Positions 56,521 through 64,000 of a stretch of 64,000 nt of DNA are shown one piece after another (the stretch's first letter is position 1; the number at the start of each line of letters is the position of its first letter). Where the stretch lies: contig DASPOF010000027.1 of the NCBI GenBank assembly GCA_035626155.1, forward strand, positions 10,685-74,684, in the 5' to 3' direction. Both the position numbers and the translations under genes were made by a program. This DNA comes from Candidatus Binataceae bacterium (GTDB lineage: Bacteria > Desulfobacterota > Binatia > Binatales > Binataceae). The notes under the pieces were generated by a model. The model had not been told where the DNA came from and ran no database searches. It saw nothing but the letters and a program-made list of their open reading frames with translations.

Positions 56521-58194
56521 TTAAGGGAAGTAATCTTCCGGCTCGGTGCCGACGACGGGAAATTTAAGGCCTTTGATTGAAAAATCCTTATGGGCGAAAA
56601 GCCCGGCGATCCTGTCTCCGTAAATCAATTTCCAATCAGGGTCCATATTCAGCAAGATCCAGCGGTTGGATAACGTATCCACGATGGCATAGTCATGCTT
56701 ATAGGCCTTGAGCATGTGCTCGGGATCGCCCTCGCTCGATTCGAAGACGAAATAGTCATTGATCACTTGATCAGGGTAGACCGTATCGTAGCGGCCGTCG
56801 ATGAATACCTTGCTGTCAGGTGAAAGATGCCAGATGAGATACTCGCCCCAATTGTAAATTGAGAGGACATTGCCGTGCAGATGGTGCTCTTTCATGAAAT
56901 CCACGGCGCCGACCGGAGATGGCACCATGGGTTCGAGCACCGGGGAGAAGAGCGCGTTGTAGATCAGCAGGACCGCAGCGACGGCGGCGAATAGCTGGCC
57001 CAGATACTCCCGGCTGGAGTGCTCAGGCTCGCCGGTTGCCCCGGCCGCCAAGCCCTCTCGCGCCGTCGCTCGCCGCGCGGGCCGGCTTGACGCGCGAGCC
57101 GATCGTTGCTGCCAGGCCAGCCCCACGTGACGCGCCAGCGGGATGGTCGTCGCGATCACCGCAAGCGGCAGGTTCCGCATCGCGGTCAGCGCCGCAATCG
57201 AAAATACGATCGCGATCGCCACCAGCGGCAGATCCTTGCCGCGCGGCGCGAGCGCGACCGCGATAACCAACGCGAGCAGGAACCCCACCGCCTCGACGAA
57301 CAGGAGCGCGGCCGGCACGGCAATCTTCCACACTTCGGCGACGGTGCTGGTAAGCGGCTTCCAGTCGTTGATCACCTTGTGCGTCAGCGGATTAGTCAGT
57401 GCGTGCAAGACTGCGTACCAGGCTCCGATACCATAAGGATTGACCAGGGTCGCGAGCAGCGACGCGATTACTATCGCGATCAGGTAAGCGGCGCGCCGCC
57501 AGTCCCGGCTTTCGATCACCGCCTGGCTGGACCCGACTGCTGCATAGATGCCAATTGCTCCCAGCCCCGCGATATAGGCGCCGTGGAAGTTCGCCCATAG
57601 CGCCATCATCGGTATCACCAGCCACAGTGGCCCGGCGCGGCGATAGCTGTCGCGCGCCAGCAGCCACATAAGCGCGGCCATCAGGGTGAAGCTGAAAAGC
57701 TGCGGCCGCAGCATCATCTGCGACGCCATAGCCGGGGCGGTCAGCATTATAACCGCAGCCTGGATCGGCGCGATTACCTGGGTCTCTGCCAGCGCGAGAG
57801 CCAGAAACAGAACCATCATCGCGCTGAAGCAGAACTTGACCAGTTCGAGCCCGAACACGCGGCCGGCGTTGTAGGCGATCGCGAATACCACCTCGGAAAG
57901 CCACTCGTGATTGCGCCACAGATGGCCCGGCGCCGAGTAGGAATACGGATCGTATTCAATCATGTGCCCGGCCTTCAGCATCGCCTGGCCGAAGCGGATG
58001 TGGCCCCACAGATCGGAATCGGCGAACGTAAAAGCGTCGACGACGGCGATCGCGAGCAGCAGGTACATCGATGGGTAGCCGAACCACGACGCGGCACGGC
58101 TCAGCACCGATGGGGACTCAACGGCCGCAATGGGCCCCGGCGCCATCTCCCGGTGCTCTCTACGTTCCGCCTTGAGCCGCTGCGCCTTGGACAT
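56521..58194 (-). CDS. Polytopic membrane protein with C-terminal soluble domain (GT-C-like glycosyltransferase?), hypothetical
   Basis: About 10 predicted TM helices in the N-terminal 330 aa, a Pro/Arg/Ala-rich linker and a roughly 150-aa C-terminal domain. No confident family assignment. Confidence 0.45.
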   Translation of the reverse strand: MSKAQRLKAERREHREMAPGPIAAVESPSVLSRAASWFGYPSMYLLLAIAVVDAFTFADSDLWGHIRFGQAMLKAGHMIEYDPYSYSAPGHLWRNHEWLSEVVFAIAYNAGRVFGLELVKFCFSAMMVLFLALALAETQVIAPIQAAVIMLTAPAMASQMMLRPQLFSFTLMAALMWLLARDSYRRAGPLWLVIPMMALWANFHGAYIAGLGAIGIYAAVGSSQAVIESRDWRRAAYLIAIVIASLLATLVNPYGIGAWYAVLHALTNPLTHKVINDWKPLTSTVAEVWKIAVPAALLFVEAVGFLLALVIAVALAPRGKDLPLVAIAIVFSIAALTAMRNLPLAVIATTIPLARHVGLAWQQRSARASSRPARRATAREGLAAGATGEPEHSSREYLGQLFAAVAAVLLIYNALFSPVLEPMVPSPVGAVDFMKEHHLHGNVLSIYNWGEYLIWHLSPDSKVFIDGRYDTVYPDQVINDYFVFESSEGDPEHMLKAYKHDYAIVDTLSNRWILLNMDPDWKLIYGDRIAGLFAHKDFSIKGLKFPVVGTEPEDYFP

Positions 58195-58297
58195 CGCCGC
58201 CTACCGCTCTTTGCGGCAGGGCTCGCCTGGACAGGCTTCTGCCGTTATCAGAATTGCCTCGATCACAAAGCAATGCTAAGGCGGCGGCGGGTGTCGC

Positions 58298-60130
58298 TCA
58301 ATACTTCTTGGGGTTGTGGTCCACGCCGTGGCACTTGAGATAGCAGCTACCATGGCCGCCCAAGCCCGGTGCCGGGTCGAACTCGAGCCGCCCGCTGCTC
58401 GAACGCCTCACCACGGGGGCGCCCGTCTTCGACATGATCATGAAATTGATCAAGCGGGGGCTGCGCTGCGAACCGTGCGGGTCGTGACAGACCGCACACG
58501 AGGTCTGATTCTGGACGACGTGCTTTTGGTGCGGGAAATGCCCGCTGCCGAACAGAAGCGTCGAGCGATTATGGCATGTGTAGCACAGAGCGTAGCTGGA
58601 CATTGACTCCAGGTATGGGTCGTCGGTCTCGTACTCCTGCGCCAGGATCGGCGCCCATCGCGAACCGTGCGGACCCTTGGGACTCGAACCGGCCGGCGTC
58701 CACCGGTCATTGTTGTGACAGTCGATGCACGAAATGATGCTCGATGCGGTGTAGCCCGCCTCGAGGCCGGCGATCGTCGGGTCCTTGCCCTGCGTCACTA
58801 TCGGATGGAATGACTGGTTGGTGGGACGGATTTTCATCCGGATGTTGCGGGTCGTGTCCTGGCGAACTATTCCCGGGGTGGTCGGCTCGGCGATTCCGTG
58901 GCACTTGAGACAGATTTCGTATTCGTGGCTGGCCTGCTGGACGTAGGTGCCGGACATACCTACGCCGGAAACTCCGAACAGCGGCCCCGAAGTGATGAAT
59001 GTTATCTTGCTGGCGGCCCGCATCGAGCTTTCGGACTTGGAGGCGCTTCCCGCCGCGTGCGGATTGTGGCAATCCGCACACGTAACGTGACGCGCCATGC
59101 TCAGAGGGTCTTCCTTCGGTTTGTGATTCCACTGCTTGCTCAAGATCGGGTGACTGGACGGAAGCAGGAGCTGCTGCGCGATGTTCTTTTGCGCCATCGT
59201 GCCGTCGTGGCAGATGGTGCAATTCGACGGTTCATCGGTCTGCGCGAGCAGCCATTCCGGATGGGGCGCGGCGTGCGGGCGATGACAACTGAGGCAGGCG
59301 TTCTCCGCCACGGTTCCGTATCCGTCGGCGGGGAACGGATTTTTGCCGCCGGCCTTCCACCGGGCGTTGGAGGTGGCGTGGCTTGAGACCGTCCAGCCCG
59401 TCATCTTATGGCATAGCGTACATTGAGCGGAGTAGCGGTTGTCCGTCCGCAGGAAGTTCGGCCACCGGGTCTCGTGCGGGTCGTGACAGGTCGAACACTG
59501 AAGATCCGTGGCGTCTTCCAGGGGAGCCGTGCGGGGTAGCGCCGAAGGTTGGGCCAGCTCGCCTGCTTTCGCGGCCAGAGAGTTATTGTAAACGAACGAA
59601 ATCGGATGGCTCCCCGAGAGGTCCGTTCCGAGCACGGTATTGCCGGTGAGCTGCCCCAGGGTAAGTATTCCGTTCTTTGGTGGGACTCGCACCTTGCTGA
59701 GCGCGATCACCCCATCATGGCACGACAGGCACAGGCGCGACGTTCCGGTGGGCTGGCTCAGCGTCGCCTGCATCGTGCTGCTTTCATACAGCTTGTAGGT
59801 TACAGCCGGCATCTGGCGGTTCCACAGGCCGCGGGTCGGCTTCGCGTCATGCGGAGTGTGACAGTACACGCACACGCCCGACTGCACCTTCTTTTCCCGG
59901 ATTTTCCCCGGCCCCAAGGGGGTCAGATTGTGGACGGTATTCGTGATATCGCCCTGGACGCCGACACGCGTCGATACTGCGCCGGCACTCTCCGATTGTG
60001 CGCCCGCGCGCGCCGGCCAAAGCAACGCGCAGACGGCCGCGATGAGCAGGGTCCCTGTCAACAGGCGCCCTGGTGAGCCGCCCCCGTGTCTGCGAGCAGG
60101 GCTCCGTCTCCGTTGCGTAACAATCATCAT
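58298..60130 (-). CDS. Dodecahaem c-type cytochrome, exported (11 CXXCH + 1 CX3CH)
   Basis: Signal peptide; 11 CXXCH motifs plus CYLKCH near the C-terminus. 610 aa. Confidence 0.8.
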   Translation of the reverse strand: MMIVTQRRRSPARRHGGGSPGRLLTGTLLIAAVCALLWPARAGAQSESAGAVSTRVGVQGDITNTVHNLTPLGPGKIREKKVQSGVCVYCHTPHDAKPTRGLWNRQMPAVTYKLYESSTMQATLSQPTGTSRLCLSCHDGVIALSKVRVPPKNGILTLGQLTGNTVLGTDLSGSHPISFVYNNSLAAKAGELAQPSALPRTAPLEDATDLQCSTCHDPHETRWPNFLRTDNRYSAQCTLCHKMTGWTVSSHATSNARWKAGGKNPFPADGYGTVAENACLSCHRPHAAPHPEWLLAQTDEPSNCTICHDGTMAQKNIAQQLLLPSSHPILSKQWNHKPKEDPLSMARHVTCADCHNPHAAGSASKSESSMRAASKITFITSGPLFGVSGVGMSGTYVQQASHEYEICLKCHGIAEPTTPGIVRQDTTRNIRMKIRPTNQSFHPIVTQGKDPTIAGLEAGYTASSIISCIDCHNNDRWTPAGSSPKGPHGSRWAPILAQEYETDDPYLESMSSYALCYTCHNRSTLLFGSGHFPHQKHVVQNQTSCAVCHDPHGSQRSPRLINFMIMSKTGAPVVRRSSSGRLEFDPAPGLGGHGSCYLKCHGVDHNPKKY

Positions 60131-61203
60131 GAGCTTTGCTTCGGATTCGCCTGCGGCCGCTCGGAGGTGCCCAGGAATTCGAAAACCTGAATTCGCCGGT
60201 TAAACGAATCGGCCACGTAGATCCGATCCTGGCGGTCGATGAATGCTCCCTCGGGAAGCCAGAACTTCCCGGGCGCGGTTCCTCGATCTCCAAAGGAAAG
60301 GAGCAGGCCACCCTCCGCGTTGAATATCTGTACCGTGTCAAACAGCGCATCGACCACGTAAAGATGTCCGTCGCTGTCGGCTGCGACCCCTTTGGGCGAG
60401 GCGAAATCACCGGAGCCGTCGCCCTCATGACCGATCTTCCAGAGGAATTTGCCGTCGCGATCGAAGGCCTGGACACGGTAGTTGAGCGCGTCGGTCACGA
60501 GCAGCACGCCCGATCGCTCGAGGGCGAGATAGCTCGGAAAATTGAACTCTCCGTCGCCGAGTCCTCTGCTGCCCCACGCCGTAACGCGCGCACCGTCCGA
60601 GGTGAAAACGTCGATGCGCTGGCCGGCCGAATCCGCCACGTAGAGACGATCGTTGGTCTCGTCATAGGCGAGCGCGGCCGGCCGCTCGATGCCGTCTTCA
60701 GCCACCGTCCGCAGGAATTTGCCCTCGCGATCGAGGAGAAAAACTTTCTTCAGATACGAGTCCGCCACAAAGAAGGAGCCGTCCGGCCGGACGGCGACCG
60801 CCACCGGCGACACCAGGTTGGCGCCATTGACGCTAGTAATTGTCGCCGAGCGCTGATTGGCGGGATCGAAGATCCACACCGCCTGCGCTCCCGAATCGGC
60901 GACATAGAGCAGGCCATCGCGCTCGGCGATGCCGGTGGGCCGGATCAGGTGGCCGGCCTTCTTGCCTGTGACCGCGTCAACGAGCCGCCCGAAAAACGAC
61001 TTCTCGATTCCGAGGTCGCGCGGCTCAGCAATCGTGCGCACGAAACGGATCCGCGCGGCAGCCGGTGGCGGCGGCCACACCATCCGGTCGTACGCTCCCG
61101 CGCTGGCAGGCGCCGGAGCCTCACCGGCTCGATTCGATGCCTGACAACCTGCGCCGATCAGAACGAGCGCCGCCGCCAGTGCCGTTTCAACCCATCGACG
61201 CAT
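60127..61203 (-). CDS. NHL-repeat (six-bladed beta-propeller) lipoprotein
   Basis: Lipobox LIGAGC and repeated LYVADS/FFVADS/LLVTD/LYVVD blades. ATGA overlap with the dodecahaem gene. ATG at 61203. Confidence 0.75.
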   Translation of the reverse strand: MRRWVETALAAALVLIGAGCQASNRAGEAPAPASAGAYDRMVWPPPPAAARIRFVRTIAEPRDLGIEKSFFGRLVDAVTGKKAGHLIRPTGIAERDGLLYVADSGAQAVWIFDPANQRSATITSVNGANLVSPVAVAVRPDGSFFVADSYLKKVFLLDREGKFLRTVAEDGIERPAALAYDETNDRLYVADSAGQRIDVFTSDGARVTAWGSRGLGDGEFNFPSYLALERSGVLLVTDALNYRVQAFDRDGKFLWKIGHEGDGSGDFASPKGVAADSDGHLYVVDALFDTVQIFNAEGGLLLSFGDRGTAPGKFWLPEGAFIDRQDRIYVADSFNRRIQVFEFLGTSERPQANPKQSS

Positions 61204-61213
61204 CGGAACCCGC

Positions 61214-63265
61214 TCAGAACAATATCCTGACCACTCTGATTTGAACCAACAGGTCGTTGGTGGTTGTGGTGGAAAACGTGCGCCGATACCACGATAGAGA
61301 TGGTAAGAACTGCAGTTTTCCAATTGTGTATGTCATCTGGGCGCCGACCTCGACCTGCTTTGTGGTGGGAATTTGGCTATCTTCGACCTCGCTCATAATC
61401 GCGAACATCGACGCCCGTCCGCGCTCTCCAATGGGACGATCTCCGCTGAGTTGGAAGGCATAGGTTTTGGTCTGGTGCCGCGGCAGGGTGTAGTCCATGA
61501 AGGTTTCACTTGCGCTCGCAGCGAGTACGGCCTCCCAGCCCGGCCGAGCAGTGACGGCCTGCGAAAGCATGGTCGAATTAAAAGATACGCTGGTCGAATC
61601 CACCGTTTGGTACGTCGCGTCAGCCCTGGCCCCAAAAGTTTCCCATTCATGATGGACACCACCGCTAACGCTGTTGGCCGTCGAGGATTCGAGAAACTGA
61701 GAACCCGTACCGCTCAGCAGGTTCTGGCTGATCGCCTGGTATGAGTACGACAAATAGAACCATGGATAAGTGACCCCGACGGTAACCTGTCTCGTGCTCG
61801 TGGAAAATTTGGATTTGGCCGGCACCTGGTAGTTGTAGCTGACAAGCAGGGGGTCTCCCGGGTGAATGATCAGACTGGTAGGCAGCGGAACGATCTCGGT
61901 CTGATTGCCGATCTGAAGGACATCGTAATCCACGTTCAGCACCGTGGGGACTCTGCCGTGGGCGACATCCACCATCACGATACTGTTGGCAATAACAAAG
62001 GTATTATTCAGGAAAAAGCCGAGGTTGGTCCCGAATATCGGCGGCGCAGTGTGCGATTCGTCAGTCACGTGAATCACAGAAGACGATATATCATCGTCCT
62101 CGATCCCGTATACGCCATTGGTGTCCAGAAAAAACATGCCGTTCCAGGGGAGCGTGTGAGTATAGTCGCTCTCCGCGCCGACCCAGTAGTTAGTGATGGT
62201 GCCCGTCGGCACCGTTTCGCGTATGAAGCCCAGGATCAGACTCTCATTAAGGTTCCGGAACATGCTCTGCAACAACGTGAACTGCCCGTACTGATAAGTG
62301 GTAACCCCGTAGTCTGGAACATCGTTGTACTGGAACTGGTACTGATAGGTAGTTGAAAGGTTCTGGTAGTGATCGATGCGCAGCACCTCGTTGAGCGAAA
62401 GGAATTCCTGCGAACCGCTCGTCCCGGATAGCGTGTAACCATAAATGTCCGAGTTCAACGATCGATTCAGGTCCGGACCGAAATCCAGAAAGTAGCTGAG
62501 GCCGGCGACGTTGGTCTGAAATCCGGAATGAGTGGTCCCGGTCAGGTGGTCATTGTCGAACTCGTAGTGAAACATGAGATCGGCGGTCTGAAAGCCCTTG
62601 TTCGCGACGTAACTGACGACATCATGCTGCTCGTCGAGCTGGAACGTTTCACCGAGCTGCGTGGTTTTCTGGTCGAAGTTTTGCGCGACGGCCGAGAGCC
62701 TGGAAGTGAAATAAGACACTCCCAGGCCTCTCAGGAAGCTGTCTTCCAGGACCTGCGCCGTCATGCCGTAGTTCATGGTGTCGGTGGTGGTGTGGCCGCC
62801 GAACGTGGTGTTCAAGTAGGTCTGGCTTTGATTGGCAAACAGCGTACCGTTTTCGGGCCACAGTGGCAGGACCGCCGCCGAAACGTCGTAGCCCCAGAGC
62901 AGTCCATCTTCATAGAGGCCTTTGCCTTCCGAAAAATTGTCCTGCTCCTGGTACAGGTCCAGATCGACTGCCGCATCCATCGTGATGAGGCGCGGATCGA
63001 TGATATAGATGCCGTCGTTTCGGAGTTTCAGCCGCTCGTCCCAACGATAGTCCTGTGCGGTGAGCGTGGACGAGGGAGTGCTGGATTCCTGATTCTCGAA
63101 CTGAAACCCACCTTCCACCTGTCCTTGCCATTCCCCGAGCTGCACGTCACCTTCGTAATCCTGGAACGAGAAAGCGAGCGCGCCGCCCGCAGACAGCAAA
63201 ATCGCCGCAAGCATCGATGCCAGCAGGAGCAGGCCGGATAGTCGCGCGTTCGCTATTGATGGCAT
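61214..63265 (-). CDS. Large outer-membrane beta-barrel protein (porin-like, 683 aa)
   Basis: Signal peptide, alternating amphipathic Ser/Thr/Tyr-rich strands and a C-terminal ...VVRILF with terminal Phe. GC content is lower than its neighbours. ATG at 63265 (GTG at 63274). Confidence 0.6.
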   Translation of the reverse strand: MPSIANARLSGLLLLASMLAAILLSAGGALAFSFQDYEGDVQLGEWQGQVEGGFQFENQESSTPSSTLTAQDYRWDERLKLRNDGIYIIDPRLITMDAAVDLDLYQEQDNFSEGKGLYEDGLLWGYDVSAAVLPLWPENGTLFANQSQTYLNTTFGGHTTTDTMNYGMTAQVLEDSFLRGLGVSYFTSRLSAVAQNFDQKTTQLGETFQLDEQHDVVSYVANKGFQTADLMFHYEFDNDHLTGTTHSGFQTNVAGLSYFLDFGPDLNRSLNSDIYGYTLSGTSGSQEFLSLNEVLRIDHYQNLSTTYQYQFQYNDVPDYGVTTYQYGQFTLLQSMFRNLNESLILGFIRETVPTGTITNYWVGAESDYTHTLPWNGMFFLDTNGVYGIEDDDISSSVIHVTDESHTAPPIFGTNLGFFLNNTFVIANSIVMVDVAHGRVPTVLNVDYDVLQIGNQTEIVPLPTSLIIHPGDPLLVSYNYQVPAKSKFSTSTRQVTVGVTYPWFYLSYSYQAISQNLLSGTGSQFLESSTANSVSGGVHHEWETFGARADATYQTVDSTSVSFNSTMLSQAVTARPGWEAVLAASASETFMDYTLPRHQTKTYAFQLSGDRPIGERGRASMFAIMSEVEDSQIPTTKQVEVGAQMTYTIGKLQFLPSLSWYRRTFSTTTTNDLLVQIRVVRILF

Positions 63266-63585
63266 AGCGCGCACTTCTCGAAGCTCGACGCCGCGAAGGC
63301 GGTTTTCCCGTTATGGCAGGCGCCGCAGAACTTGCCGTTGCCAATCGCGTCCATGGAGATTTCGTCAGCGCCCCGCTTCATCTTGAACAGCGAGTCGTGG
63401 CACGCGTAACACTTGTAGAGCACCCGGTGCAGCGTGTGAGGGAATGCGGCGGGCGGAAATTGCTCGCCCCCAGTCGGCGTGCCCTTGCGCGGAAGTATCA
63501 AATCACCCGGGGCGGCCATCGCCGCGCCGCCGAGCGCGATCAGCAGCAGTCCCACGGCGCAAAGCGCCAGAACTCCGCGCGTCAT
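63253..63585 (-). CDS. Trihaem periplasmic c-type cytochrome (c7/c3-like)
   Basis: Signal peptide plus CYACH, CGACH and CALCH in about 85 mature residues. Confidence 0.7.
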   Translation of the reverse strand: MTRGVLALCAVGLLLIALGGAAMAAPGDLILPRKGTPTGGEQFPPAAFPHTLHRVLYKCYACHDSLFKMKRGADEISMDAIGNGKFCGACHNGKTAFAASSFEKCALCHQ

Positions 63586-64000
63586 TTCCCCCCACCCATC
63601 GACTTATGACAGCGCGCACATCCGGTCGGGATTGCGAATGCCACCTTGCCGTGACAGACCCCGCAATACTTTCCGGCGTACAGGGTCCCCATCGTGACCG
63701 GATCGGCGTCCTTCTTCATCTTGAAGATCGCCACGTGACAGTTGGCGCAGGCGAGCCACTGGGTGTGGCTCTTGTGCGAGAACACCACCTTCATCCCCGG
63801 CTGCGCCTTGGGAACCATCTCCACATCGAGATTGAGCGGCGGTTGATCCTTCGCGTCTTTGGCAATTCCCGGCTTCGGCTGAATCAAATCTTCGTTCAGG
63901 GCGCGCACCCAGTCCGGCTTTCCGCTCTTGTCGGTGGGCACTTCGGGCATCAGGTCCGCCAGCCAGTCGCGCCCGTGCCTTTGCTTCGGGAGACCTGCTT
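63582..64000 (-). CDS. Trihaem c-type cytochrome, paralog of 63253-63585; 5' end beyond window edge
   Basis: CANCH, CGVCH and CARCH. The reading frame stays open upstream of the ATG at 63950 to the end of the window with no signal peptide yet, so the gene is partial. Confidence 0.6.
   Translation of the reverse strand, partial: AGLPKQRHGRDWLADLMPEVPTDKSGKPDWVRALNEDLIQPKPGIAKDAKDQPPLNLDVEMVPKAQPGMKVVFSHKSHTQWLACANCHVAIFKMKKDADPVTMGTLYAGKYCGVCHGKVAFAIPTGCARCHKSMGGGK

Overview
This is a high-GC (about 65-68%) bacterial chromosomal window with dense coding on both strands. Conserved core genes include ppdK, single-chain glyQS, a def-fmt-rsmB operon, rpe, glnB, plsY, tRNA-Pro(CGG) and an Mla/MCE lipid-transport operon. 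Between them sits a striking amount of anaerobic respiratory and electron-transfer machinery; I count at least 60 CXXCH heme-c motifs in about 10 cytochrome genes. The main parts, in order: (i) a translationally coupled luxE-luxC-aminotransferase triad at 0.07-3.6 kb, predicted to run fatty acid to aldehyde to amine. (ii) A family of about 50-bp GGGAGAGGG-containing inverted-repeat elements, once flanking a DUF559 endonuclease gene (10.16-10.64 kb), once as an empty inverted pair (20.29-20.60 kb) and once solo (49.13 kb). (iii) 54-bp direct repeats bracketing a small secreted Cys-rich gene, near the tRNA-Pro. (iv) A sigma-54-dependent two-component system (26.1-29.1 kb) followed by a good -24/-12 promoter. 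The promoter leads into a cupin, two tiny membrane proteins and a large cluster at 30.3-38.4 kb: NrfD, an ImcH-like membrane heptaheme cytochrome, a membrane octaheme cytochrome, a Tat FeS subunit, a second NrfD, an 11-heme cytochrome and a dihaem cytochrome b. That is 26 c-hemes with no catalytic subunit. (v) A paralogous 9-heme cytochrome c + cytochrome b pair beside a LuxR-type two-component system whose kinase has a CXXCH motif in its periplasmic sensor domain (43.2-47.6 kb). (vi) An ACIII/Qrc/Psr-like pentaheme, molybdopterin, FeS and NrfD complex flanked by two paralogous monoheme cytochromes (49.9-56.2 kb). (vii) A candidate porin-cytochrome conduit (58.3-64.0 kb): two c7-like trihaem cytochromes, a 686-aa outer-membrane beta-barrel, an NHL-repeat lipoprotein and a dodecahaem cytochrome. 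There is also a large Cys-type arylsulfatase, an SDR, two tandem family-III CoA-transferases, an HtrA-like protease and a polysaccharide deacetylase. The genome is GC-rich, so many long antisense ORFs in the track are artefacts and were ignored. The ORF track translates GTG/TTG starts as M. I chose starts by homology length, RBS and coupling, so gene ends are firm but starts are approximate.
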